Shown one piece after another: positions 42,528 through 55,500 of a stretch of DNA of 64,000 nucleotides (its first letter is position 1; each line of letters starts with the position of its first letter). The notes beneath the pieces are model-generated. The model did no database searches and was not told where the DNA came from. It saw only the letters and a list, made by a program, of their open reading frames with translations. Source of the DNA: Geosiphon pyriformis uo1 (lineage: Eukaryota; Fungi; Glomeromycota); contig JAAOMT010000776.1 in the NCBI GenBank assembly GCA_016748015.1, positions 124,001 through 188,000 on the forward strand, in the 5' to 3' direction. A program made the translations under genes and the position numbers.

Positions 42528-45500
42528 TGTTACAGAAATAGGTGAAGTAAATAACAAATCTGTAACTTAGTACTTAATTAATATGATAGTGTTGATAATA
42601 TCTAAAGGTTTTTGTATCTGAAGGTTTTGGTAAAGTTTTTTGTATAATAAACAGAGATTTAAGTATTTGTTTTTATCTATTGCTTTCTGAAATCACAATT
42701 CTATCAAATTTTTTTCTTAGTATAATGGCCAGTAATTTTTTTAGTAAGCTATTTTCAATCTGTGAGTGTTTTACTCTTATTTTTGGGTCTTTTACTAATC
42801 ACTTTAACATTGATAACTCCATATATTAATCTTTAATCAATTAGTAAATAATAACAAAACAAAACAAAAAAAAATAAAGAAATAAGCCAAGACAAGAAAG
42901 AGTTAGTATCCCGTCAATAGCCATAATCAAGAGCTATTAGTCCAGTATAGTTAAGTATTAACAATTATCAACATAAGTTGTTGATAGCAAGAAGATATAT
43001 AGTAATAATTTAATAAATATTTTATTGATATTTGATGTTTTCACTTTAAGTTATAGAATACTATTATATAAAGAGATAGATAGGGATTAGAACTGAAGAT
43101 TTTAAACTAAGAATTCTAACTTGGAGATTCTGCTCTTTTTGCTTCTAATACTATTGCTATATATACATAATTTTCATTATACAAAATTCTTTGAATTTCT
43201 CAATTTCTTACCCAGGAATCCTGTAATTCTTCGAGAAAAATCTTAGAATTCTGGAATCCTGCAATTCTTCTTACTGGAATTCTGTAATTCCGAAATCCTG
43301 TAATTCTTCTGAGAAGAATTCTGGAATTCCACTTTTACTGTATCTTATTTTAATTGGCTAATTTGTATATTAATATATAATTTCTATATTCTATAAATAA
43401 TATTATCTTCTCTTTTTAATATTAAGCTCCATTAAGATTTTCTATACTTCTTAACTCTTCTTCTTTAATTAACTTCTGAACTTCTTTTTTGAAAATTACT
43501 TGTGTTACTTTGATCTGTAATTCTTCAAATTGGGCATTGGTCATTTTTTCCAATTGATTAATGGTAATTATATTCATCATTAAGTTAAGTAGTATGATTG
43601 GTTGATCTTAAAATCCTATATATAGCCAATATATGGCTTATGCTTGTGTAAACAGATTGTTTTTCCTTACAAATTGTTTTAGTTGTTGTAGTATTGTTGT
43701 ATTGAATATTTGTTTTGTCTTGTCAGTATATAAATTCTGGATATTAAGAGTCTGTCTCAAGTGGTAATAGCAAAAGTTTTTTGAACATTATTGTAATCAC
43801 CAAATTTAAGTTTTTTTGGTCATTTCTTGGTGTGATACAGTTTTTTCTGGTGTTTTTATTAACAACTTTACTTTTGCTATTATTTTGTTTATGGTGTTTT
43901 CCAATTTTCTGTGCTCTTTGTATTGAGTTTTCTTTTTATTGTCCTTGTACTGAATGATTTGTTGGTTAATTGTAATTTTCAAGTTTGTTTGTTGAATTAA
44001 TTGGAATAGTTGTTGTGTAAGTAAATAAATATTATTGGTAATTTCCATTTTTTTTTGTTGCTTTTGGTTGTGTCTATAGTGTTTTTATATACTATTCTGT
44101 TTGATTAATTTGATGTGTTTATATTAATGACTATAATTGGTTTCCAATTTTGTGGAATTTTATTTGGTTGGACTAGTATTTGTTGTACTTCCAATTGTGA
44201 AATATTACTGATGGATGATAATACTGTATTGTGATATAGTTTTAGTCAATTTTTATATGCTGCTTTAGTTAAAATTTTGTTGTCCCATCTTAATCTATAA
44301 GCTTCATTTCTTAAAATTTCTTCTATGTAAAATAGTCTATCTCATTTGGAGTCAAACTTTCCACTTTATTGTTTTTCTACTTTGATATGATATAAGAGTA
44401 CTTTGTCTCCAATCCTGAATTCAATAGGTTTATTCAGTAATTAGTTATCATGTCATTCTTTCTGTTTTTCTTGTAACTTTTAAATATTATCAGCTGCTCT
44501 TTGTCTTTTGTTTTCCAATGTTTTCATTAGCTTGTATGTTTTTCTTAACAATATTTTTTGGAAATTGGCTTTTGTTATTGGTTTAGTTGAATATGTATTG
44601 ACTTTTATTTTAACTAGTAGTATTACTGTTCTATTATAAACAAGTTTAAATGATGTTGCTTGTGTGGTATTTTGCTTCATTGTCTTATAAGCAAATAATA
44701 CTGATGATATAAACAAATCCCATTTATCCTGGTTTTTTTGATTAATTTTGACAATTGCTTCACACAATGTTCTGTTAAACTTTTTAACTAAACTATTTGT
44801 TTATAAATAATATGGTGATAATAATAATCTCTTGATTTCAAATCTTTAATTTAATTCTGCCAATATTTTGTTTACAAAATAAGTTCCTTGGTCTGATAAC
44901 AATTTTTTTGGACATTCATATTGGCAAATCAAATCTTGATGAACAAATTCAGTTACAAATTCTGCATCTGTTCTTTGAATTGCTTTTGTCTCTGGCCATT
45001 TTATAAGATAATCTATGGCTACTGCTATATAATGATTGTCTCTGCTGGTTATTGTTAATGGTTTTACTAAGTTAATTTCAATTCTATCAAATAGTTGTAC
45101 TTTAATTGATCTTAATGGTTTATTGGGTCTTGTTTTTTTTCTTCTCTGATAAGCATTACAACTTTGAATATATTGAATGATGTCTAAATACATTAATGGC
45201 CAGTAATATCTCTTTCTGGTTCTTTCTATGGTTGTTTTTTTATGAAAATGTCCTGTTGTTGAATCTAAATGCATGTTATATAATATTGTTTCTCTTTTTG
45301 GTTTTGTAATTATTCTGAATAATTGATTTGAATCCTTTCTGTTTTTCCAATATAATATATTTTGATAAGTAATAAAGTATTTTAATTGTTGTTTTATGTT
45401 GTTTTGTTCCTTTTAAGATAATTTTTTCTTGAACTGTTGGGTATTAATATAGTGTTGAAGTTGTTGATATTTTGTGTATTCATCTTTTATTATATTTTTA

Positions 45501-48500
45501 GATTAAAATGTTCTTAGATTTGTCTCATTTATGACAAACTATTAGCATTTTTATTTTTTTTTTCCTTTTTATAATGTACTGTATATTTAAATAGTGAAAG
45601 TTCTATTTTCCCTTTAACATAACAATTGTCTCCAAATTTTTGCTTCTGGATTGATGTCAATTTTTTGTGATCAATATATACTTCAAACTTTTGGCTTAAA
45701 TACTTTTTCTATTTAATAACTGTCTAATAGATAGCTAAGTATTCTAGTGCTGGTGTTTTATAGTTTTTTTCTACTGGACTCAAGCTTCAGCTGGCATATA
45801 CTACTGAATGTTTTCATCTATTCAGTTCTTTCTGAGATAGTATGACTTTCAATGCTTGACCAAATGCATTGGTAGTAATAATGAATAGTTTGTTGTAGTT
45901 TGAATAGATTAATACTGGTGCTTAAATAAACTTTTTTTTTAGAATGTCAAAAGCTTCTTGCTGAGTTTCAGTCCATTCATATTTCACGTTTTTAGTTTAA
46001 AGTTAGTGGAGTAGTTAAGTTAGTTTAGAGAAGTTTTGGATAAAACAGTGATAATATCCAGCAAATCCCAAAAATGCTCTTAATTCTGTAAGATTTGTTG
46101 ATATTAGAAAGTTTTTGATGATCTCAATCTTGTTTAGATCTGTTTTGATTCCATCTTTGCTCACAACATGCCCCAAAAATTTTAGTTCTGTTTTGCCAAA
46201 AAAATACTTGTTTGTATTTAGTTTCAATCCAGCTCTTTTAAGTCTCTTAAATACTTACTGTAAATAATAAAGATGATCATCAAATGTTTTTGAAAATACA
46301 TTGGTGTTATCCAAATAAAAAACTACTGATTTTCATAACAGTCTAGTATAAACAATTTCTATAAGTTATTGGAAAGTGGCTGGAGCATTAGTTAAGCCAA
46401 ATAGCATTACTTCAAATTTGAAATTCCCTTCTCTGATGGTAAACACAGTTTTCTCTTTGTCTTTTGGTTTTATGGCTATTTGCTAATAGTTACTGTTTAA
46501 ATCTAATGTTGAAACTCATTTCTTTCCTCCAAAAACATCAAATAATTTCTGAATCTGTGAAATTGGATAGCTGTTTCTATAAGTAATACTATTGAGTTTT
46601 CTATAATCTACACAAAAACATATTTTTCTATTCTTCTTATAGACTAATACCACTGGTAATAACCATGAACTTATTAATGGTTGAATTAATCTATTGTCTA
46701 ATATCTGGTTGATTTCCTGTTAAATAATTTCATGACTTGCTGATAATATTCTATATACTTTTTGTTTAATTGGCATTGCATTTTCAGTTTTGATTTGATA
46801 CTAAATAATGTTAGTTCTGCCAAATTTATTTTCACTGGCAAAGATATCAGTGAAATTATTAAGCAACATCTTGAATCTGTTAAAGTGGATCTAGATTTTT
46901 CAAGTTCATTTGTTTTAATTGTTTTGGTTGGAGCAAATAACATTTTTCTTATCCATATATTGCTTGTAATATAATATCCACATATTTGCATAGTTGTGGA
47001 AAGTCTGAAATAATGCTTAGTAGTTGGTCTTTAACTTTAGTGCTTAAGTATCCAATAATGATTTCTTTTGGTATTTTAATAAAATTTTTAGTTGTATTGT
47101 GAATGAAAATTTTGATGTGTTTGTGGCTTTTAGCTAGTATGTAGAAATTGGTAATAGCAATCTCTTCTAATTCACAAATAGTAGCTTCTGCTTCAAAAAT
47201 CTGGAACTGGTCTCTTGCTTTTCTTTCTATAACTACTAAATACTGGTCATATAATAGAATAAAAATTGATTGACAGGTGGAGATAATTTCTTTCTTGTCA
47301 ATAACTTTTTTTCTGTTATATTAACTGATATATCTATTCTATCTATAAATCTAAATCCATTTTTTCTCTTGGCTGTAATCTTTAATTCTTTTTTTGTTCC
47401 CACTAATACTAACTAAGCTATTTTCACTAGAAGTAAGAATATTGCTTGTGCTATTTTTTCATTTGGTTCAATAACATATTCTTTTTCCAAGTCATTTTGT
47501 AGTATTACAATAATATTTTTTATATATCCTATATTAATTATTTCTTCTCTAATATTGATTTCCTTTTTTGCTAAATTAGATCTAGATGCTAATTAAACTA
47601 TGGTTGTTGTTAGAATTTTTAATACTACTTTCAGATTAATACATGTGTGTGAATGTGGTTCTAATTTGATGGCATCTTTTCTCAAATATCTTAAATCAAA
47701 TTTTATATTAGTATTATGTGTGTATTCTGACATAATATTTTTATTATTATCACTAAACTATTTGAGTTTTTATTTCTTTAAAAAATCAAAAAGTGCAATA
47801 TATTGTTTTGAATTTGAATTAGAGTTAAAATTTTTACTGTTGTTATTGCCATATTGAACAGAGCTGAAACTATTATTATTATTATTATTATCATTGTCAG
47901 AGTTTGAATCAGGATTGAATTTCGATTCCAATTTTACAGTGCATTTACTGGTTGGTTCTTTTTCTTCTGAGATCATGTAGATTATGTGTAGTGGTGGATT
48001 GTAAATAAGATTACAATTATTGTAATACTAAAAGTCACATAGTATTAAACAATAATCACATAGCCAGATGTTTAATTGTTCTAAATATTGCTCTTGTTCT
48101 TGTTTGGTTGGTGCTAAATTCTTGTAATGTTCATGAAATTTTTCTGAGTCAGCTTCGATATCAAAAAATGCATCTGGATTGGAAATAAAGACAGTTTCAA
48201 CAGATTCTGGTGGGTTGTTTTTGATTTCCAAGATTTTACTGGGTAATGTATCTTCAATCTTAGCAGTGGTCATTCACCAAATCTTGTCTTCATTGTGTGG
48301 TTAACCATCTAAGTATAAAATTGCTTGGTTTTATGTGACAGTAAAAGATGTTCTATGACTTATCCAGTTACTTATAAAAATTATGTATTGGCATGAAGCA
48401 TCACATGTTCTTTTTTAACCAGGAATGTTGTTCCACATTTCTTTGTTAAATAGGGTTTTTCTACAAGTGAGACATGATTTGTTGTCCCACTTTTCTTGTC

Positions 48501-51500
48501 TTTTTGGGTAGCTATAATGTTCATAATAGCACAGCTTATAGTAATAATGTGTATATGTTCAGTAATCTTTATTGGATGCAATCCAGGCTTTCATAGAGAA
48601 CAGCTTTTTCTTGCAGTTCTTGCACTTGAGTAGAATATATAGTGGCTCTGATTTGGTGTTAGTTGAATAAAATTTTTCTCAACTACTGGTAGTTTTATTG
48701 ATGGTGATATCTTCTTGTGGCTTATTTTTTTTTTCCTTTTTTTTTTATCATTCCAAGAGAAAATTGGTGGCAATTTGTTGTAATCAGTGTTAGTTCATAA
48801 GACTTGGTAGGCTTTTTAAGTAGGTTTTTTTTCTTTTTCCTTAAATTTTATAAGTGGTGCCAGTGTAATGTTGGGTTTAAAATAACCACAGATGACTGGT
48901 ACTTGAGTGTACTGACTATTTTGGCTAAGTTGCAATTCTTGGGTGGTCTAGTTAAGTATAGCATTGGTCTTAAACAGCCAGTCATTACTAACTAATGCTT
49001 GGTATTGGATGGCTTTTATTACAAAAATTTTTATAGACATAACAATACTGTTGACTTCAAATAGAAAGTTGTCAATTTTGTCAATAGGAGTTTTAATTGC
49101 TTTATCAGTTGTAATAATTCTGGCATTGGCAATACGATTAATTCAACAACTTAATTGGTCTATGAGTTGTCATGTGATGATGTTGCTGGCTGATTTACTG
49201 TCTAGGATCAGTTTGATGGACTGATTATCTACTTTAGTATTTGTATACATTGCAGTAATAAGTTTTAATTTAAGAGTAGCTCTACTGAATAGCAGTGTTT
49301 TGATTGGTCTTTTTAGTTCCAAAAAAAAAATGGTGGTAAGTAATTTGTTTTTGGTAATAGTGGCTGAAGATATGTTATTGGTAAGTAGTTAAATTTAATT
49401 GGGTTTCTGTTCACTGAATTTGGTGTCTTTTGAGATAACCAAAAGACTTAAATAGTTTTGGAAATTTGGGTTTTAGTTGTACTCAATTCCTGAACTCTAT
49501 TGGTAAGATCTTGATGGTTAATTTGATGAATTAAAGATCAATTGGTACATTATTATTACTGATCTCCAGTTTTAATGTGTATGTGTAATTCTCAGTCTTT
49601 GGTTTCTAGATAACATCTGAACTGGATTTTGTGATGGTGTTAGAATAGATTAAAGTTAATAGACTACTGGTGGCTGTGGTTAATAAATGACTGGAGCTGG
49701 TGTTTGATAAATTGGAGGTATGTATATTGGTTGTTACATTATTTGTGAGTAATGGGGTTAATATTAATCCTAATTTAGTGAATAATTTGGAGTTTGAAAC
49801 CAGCAATTGGGGTTTTTATATTGATTTTCTAATCATGAGTTACCATTATAATGGCAGTCAATTTTGATGTGACCTTATTTACCATAATTGTGGCAGGTAT
49901 GCATTTTTGGCTCCCATGGTTAATTGGTTGATAATAAGGAATGTGATTGATTTTAAAACCAATTTGAGTTTTCTTGATTATTATATCATTGTGAAGATTG
50001 ATAGATAACCTGATTATTAGCTAAGTATCCCTCTAATTTTTAATTAATAAAATTACTGAATTGTTTTAACTTAAAGTTCAATTTAGATGATCTATTTATC
50101 ACTAGATTAATGGCTTGGGTGTGATTAGCTTTGAGTTCAACTGATTTGAAATTTCTGGCATAGATAACAGCATTCTAAAGTATTTGTGAATATATTAAAT
50201 ATATATATTGTAGGAAACTACTGCATAGACCATAAATAAATTGATTCAAGATTTGTGATATGGTGAAATAGTTTGTGTTAATTGCTTGTATTTGGCATAG
50301 GCTTCTATGAAAACATCTTAAGTAAGTGATGACTGCTTCAGTTTCTCTTTGTTTAATGGTTGTAAAAGTATTTGCTAGACAATTGATACTATTATTATTA
50401 CTAAAATATCTTAAAAATTCAACTTTGAATGTATTAAAGTCTTGGAGTTTTTGGATCAGGCTTTAATATCATGAATTGACAGTATTTTAAAAAAAATATG
50501 AGATTGCTTATAATGCTCTGACATCATCTCATTCATTGGCTATGATGGTTTTTTCCATGTTATTGAGCCATATTTATATGTTGTTTTCTTTGCTGGTAAA
50601 TTTTTTGAGTTTTACAATTGATATATATGTTATTAGTGTTAATAGTAGTTGTTGTTATGGTTGTAGTTACTGTTGAAGCTGCTGTTGAGATGGTAATTGT
50701 GGCTGTTGTTGTTGCTGTTTAGCAATTGATACAACTGGTGATGAATCTATTATGATTACTGAAGATAAGTTTTGATGAACAATAGGGGCAGAGTTTGGAT
50801 TGTTTGAGTTTGGCTGAGTTAAAACAATTGAAGTTTGAGTTTCTGGGTTTTTGAGATTAGGTTTTGATAATTAAATTCCTGATTCTTGTCTTTCTCTTTT
50901 TCTAATTCTGTTATTTTCTAAGAACTAGTGGTTCTGAAATTTGGTTGGAGTAACAATAATCAAAATCCTGATGGCATTGATAATTATGATTTAAATCTTT
51001 CAAAATAATTGCCATAAGTTCCTAATAAATTGGCTTTTTCTTGGTTGCTTTGGAATATTATTCTTACTGATAGTATTCTTGCAGTTGATGTAGACATGTC
51101 TGCTAATGTTATGTTAATGATATTTCCTGATATATAGTAATATAATGAATAAATAAGAAAAACTACTCTTGGTTTTTTCTAAATAGATAGTTGTATTCTT
51201 TTTGGTGTTCCTGCTAATGTTTGTAGTTTTTTCTTGCCTTTTTCTGCATAAGTAATAAAAAATGTTTGTTAGGTGTAATTTTTAATTTCTCAGTTGATTT
51301 TGGTAATAATTGATGTGAAGTTATAATTTATTGGTAAGCTGGTATATTGAATTAATTCACTGTAAAAATTTTTTTTTGCTGATTTTGTATTTATTAGTTT
51401 TCTTAAGAAATATTTAATTCTTTTGTTGATGTAAAAGTTGAAGGCTAATTTCACTAATAGTTGGTTGTTGGTTAATCTCAAATGCTAACAATAATATTGA

Positions 51501-52526
51501 AATAAAGATTTGGCAAATCTTAAATAGTTTGTTCTTCTTCTTTCTAATTCTGCCACTTTTGAATAGTTGTTTATTGGTGCTGGTTCTTTGTAGAATTATA
51601 CCTTATAAGAAGCACCAAATGTTACAAATAATTATTTGGGTAGGTGAAATAAATAACAAATCTGTAACTTAGTGCTTAATTGATATGATGGTGTTGGTAA
51701 TATCTAAAGGTTTTTATATTTAAAAATTTTAGTGGAGTTTTTTGTATAATAAACAGAGATTCAAGTGTTTGTTTTTATCCATTGTTTTTCAAAATCACAA
51801 TTCTGTCAAATTTTTTTCTTAATATAATGGCCAGTAATTCTTCTGGTAAGCTATTCTCAATCCATGAGTGTTCTATCCTTATTCCTAAGTCTTTTACCAG
51901 TCACTTTGATGTTAATAACTCTGTACATTAATCTTTAATCAATTAGTAAATAATAACAAAACAAAAGAAAAAAAATAAAAATAAAGAAATAAGCCAAGAC
52001 AAGAAAGAGTTAATATCCTATCAATAGCTGTAATTAAAAGTTATTAATTCAGTATAGTTAAGTATTAGCAACTATTAACATGAATTGTTGATAATAAAAA
52101 AATGTATGATAATAATTTAATAAGTATTTTATTAATATTTAATGTTTTCACTTCAAGTTATAAAATACTATTATATAAAGGGATAGATAGGAATTAGAAC
52201 TGGAGATTTTAAACTAAGAATTCTAACTTAAGAATTTTGCTTTTTCTGTTTCTAATACTATTACTATATATACATAATTTTTGTTATATGAGATTCCTTG
52301 AATTTTTCAATTCTTTAGTCAGGAATTCTAAAATTCTTGGAATCTTGTAATTCCTTGAGAGAAATCCTAAAATTTTGGAATCCTGCAATTTTTCTTACTG
52401 GAATTCTGTAATTTTGAAATCATGTAATTTTTCTAAGAGAAATCCAGAAATTCTACTTTTATTGCATCTTATTTTAATTGGCTAATTTGTATATTAATAT
52501 ATAATTCCTATATTTTATGAGTAATA
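42528..52526 (-). mobile_element. Full-length decayed Ty3/Gypsy element F with dUTPase
   Basis: LTRs 51620-52526 and 42528-43402; flanks share acatat; PBS 51609-51617; PPT ~43403-43413. Knuckle CHNYGK*GHIKIDC (~49880); protease LILDS (~49205); dUTPase 47350-47735; RT YLDN (46310); RNase H 45900-45520; integrase 45483-44105; extra ORF ~44050-43423. Confidence 0.93.
47350..47735 (-). pseudogene. dUTPase domain inside Gypsy pol
   Basis: Eroded motifs: IKFDLRY from AGFDL; LASRSNLAKK; IREEIINIGYI from GGIIDAGY; KIAQAIF; TAKRKNGFR from RGxxGFGS. Confidence 0.85.
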
Positions 52527-55500
52527 ACATATTGAATATTTACTCATTTAATTTGCTTTCTTATTGTAATTTTCTCTTTGATTATTTCTATTACTCTACA
52601 ATCTTGTTCTCTCTTGCTATTTATTAGCTTGTTACTTCAATCTATAATAATATAACTGAAAAGTATATCTAATACCTAATATTAAATTCTAAGAGTGCTG
52701 ATATAAAACATAGAATTATATTAGTGTATTATCATTTGTTAACAGTATAAACTATCTCTCTATCTTCAATTTTCTGGTTATTCTTTAAAAAAAATAGTAA
52801 TTAAAATATTTTATGAGACTAATCTTACACATTAAATTCATACTTATTCAATTTACTCTTTGAAGTTAAATTTCTTTTGGTTAATTCTATTATTCTACAA
52901 TCTTGTTCTTCTTTGCTATTTTTTAGCTTATTATTTCAATCTATAACATAAAAGTGGTGCTCTCTATAAGATTGTTAAAATCTATTTATTTTTTTATTGT
53001 ATAAGTGATTATTTATACCTATTACAACAATTAAAAAAACACTTTAAAGCACACAACAAAAACAATCTAGATTTTATTGCACTCAATTTTTTGTCCTCTT
53101 GTTTGATTTGCTTTTTTCTTAAAAAACAATTCAGTAGACAATTTTAAGACTTTTAGAACTGGTTTTTGAACAAACATTTAGCTAAAACTTATACAGCCTA
53201 TATAACCTACTTCTTTAATCAAGTTTACTTTGAAAAAACTTCTAAAGAAAAAAACAACAGCATTAATCAGCTTTTATACTCAACAATTTTGAATATCTAA
53301 ATTACCAAATTTACAGAAAAAGAAAGATACCAAACTGTTCTTGTTTTTAATTTCTTCTTAAGTAAATTAAAACATTTTACACAAACAGCTATTTCTGAAT
53401 CAATAATTGTTAACTCCATACAAGCAAACATTTTGGTTGTTCTCTAAGGTATACAAACTGCTTTAAGGTAAAGAAACAACATCTTATTACTCTCATTCAG
53501 AAATAATGCACAAAATTTAATTAAATAGTTGGATGACTTTGAAAAAGCTATTACAGCCAACCAATATGATAATAAATACAAGTTCTAAATTGTTGATGGG
53601 TATCATTAAGACTTTTTTGCCACCTGGTTTTTACAAAAAACTGATGCCAATATCCAGCAAAAAATTATTAGATAAACACCAGCAAATGCTGAAAAAGACG
53701 ATATTTTTTTTATTACTTGGTTTGAAAATAAATTCAGAACTGCAATCTTAATATCTAAGTGGCATATAGAATTAAAAAAAAAAACTCAAGATCTTGGTAA
53801 AGTTGTAATTGAATATGCCAAAACAATCAAAAAACTTATCAAACAGATAAACTTTAAAAGAAACTAAACAGAAGAAAAAAAGATTTATTCCTTTACAAAA
53901 AAATTGAGAACTGATTTTTTATATGCTTTTTGGTTTCTCTTGGCTTTAAAAAATAATTCCATTATAAATATGACTATTGAACTTGTTCAGAAAATTAAAA
54001 ATAACCAAAAGATGTATTTGAAATCCATATTTCCAGTTTTTGTTTCTGCTTTTTATATGACTGTTATTTTTTTTGTTGCTTAAACTCCAGATCTCAATAA
54101 ATAATTGATAGATAAACTTACAACCAATCTTATCTGGTTATTAAAACCTTTGGCATAAGCAGTTAAAAATAACCAACAATTACAAAAATCTAGATTTGAA
54201 CTATAGTTTAATTAGTTTCAGCAGTCTTCTTATTAAAGACAGCAAAATTGTGGTCCATCTGTGTGCTATCATTGTGAATTTACTGAATAATTTTCCAGAA
54301 ATTGCAACAATTCTTTATTGTTTTCTTTAGCTTTTAGAAACAATGACATTCAAAACAATAGACTTAATAATAATAATATTCTTAATCAAAAATTTAATCA
54401 TGCTAACATTAATTTCTTTGGAAAGGATTTTTTAGTTAAAGCTACTGTTTATTAGTTTTTAAATTAGTAAACACATTTTCAAAAAATAAGGGTATAAGCC
54501 AACCAGAAAAAAATCTTTTTTATGCTTTTAATTTAACTAATAATAATTATAATATAGATGAACTGGCAATTAATCCCTCTGATTTAACAAGAAAAAAAAT
54601 AAAAGCCAAGATTAATTTTATTTTGAAGCTCAATAAAGCTTCTATATTAACTGTTAATAACAATAAATTATCAAAGGCTAAAGTTTTTAAGAATTCTTCA
54701 AAATTGAAATTTCCAAAAATAGTACAAAAATCTGGTTTCTATTTTGTTGTTAAAAATTTCATAGAAACTTTAGCACATATAACTTTTGGTTAATTAATAA
54801 CTTATTTACAGTTCAGAAAAAATTTTCACAAATTCTTGATTCCTAAAAAGAAAACACCAAAGACTAACAAGTGCTCTTATCATATTGGACTTGTTAATAA
54901 TAGCAATATTACTTTTTTGATTTGCAAAACAGAAGTGGCTGATTATTTTATAGACTTGATTCTAAACAGTAGATTATTTGTCAGCATTATTGCCAAACAC
55001 TTCCTTAAAGCTATTGACAAAAAAATAAATGAACTTTTAACCAAATCTATGACCAATATACATAATAACAAAAAAAACTTGGTATTCCCAAAGCTATTTC
55101 TGTTTACATTAATAATATTAGCATTGAAACTGACATAGAAGTATTTAAAGCCAAGAAGTATACTATTGGCAATAAATAATTTAAAAAAGCTAAAGTTTTA
55201 TTTGACTATGAACTATGTGAGTTAACTATTAGATATAATAAAAAATCCATTGTGGTTAAGTATCATTATTAAACATTTTCTCTAATATTCAAACAAAGTT
55301 TAAAAAAACAATCAAACAAATTAGATGATGATAAAAGTAAAAAAAAAAAGAATGAAAAAAAACAAGAAAAAACTGCTAAACTTGCTTATACTATCTTTAT
55401 CAGTAATAGCAAGCCATTGGACAATATTAAAACTGACAAAAAAAAAATCATTATAAATAACAAGCTAATTTGTTGGTTTTACTATAACATATTCAAAAAA

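Larger units (their letters stand above)
41970..52649 (+). repeat. Solo LTR of the element-E family inserted in element E's own 5' LTR, split by element F (41970-42527 and 52533-52649)
   Basis: The start matches 39118 and 63829, the end duplicates 52840-52948, and the TSD is ATAT/ATAT. Confidence 0.75.

Noticed and set aside
42895-42950. Hammerhead ribozyme or snRNA gene in the LTR hairpin
   Set aside because: No CUGANGA/GAAA core and no extended snRNA identity; kept only as a branch-point/hairpin module
43185-43330. CRISPR-like array
   Set aside because: Degenerate short tandem units without unique spacers, inside a eukaryotic LTR, with no cas genes
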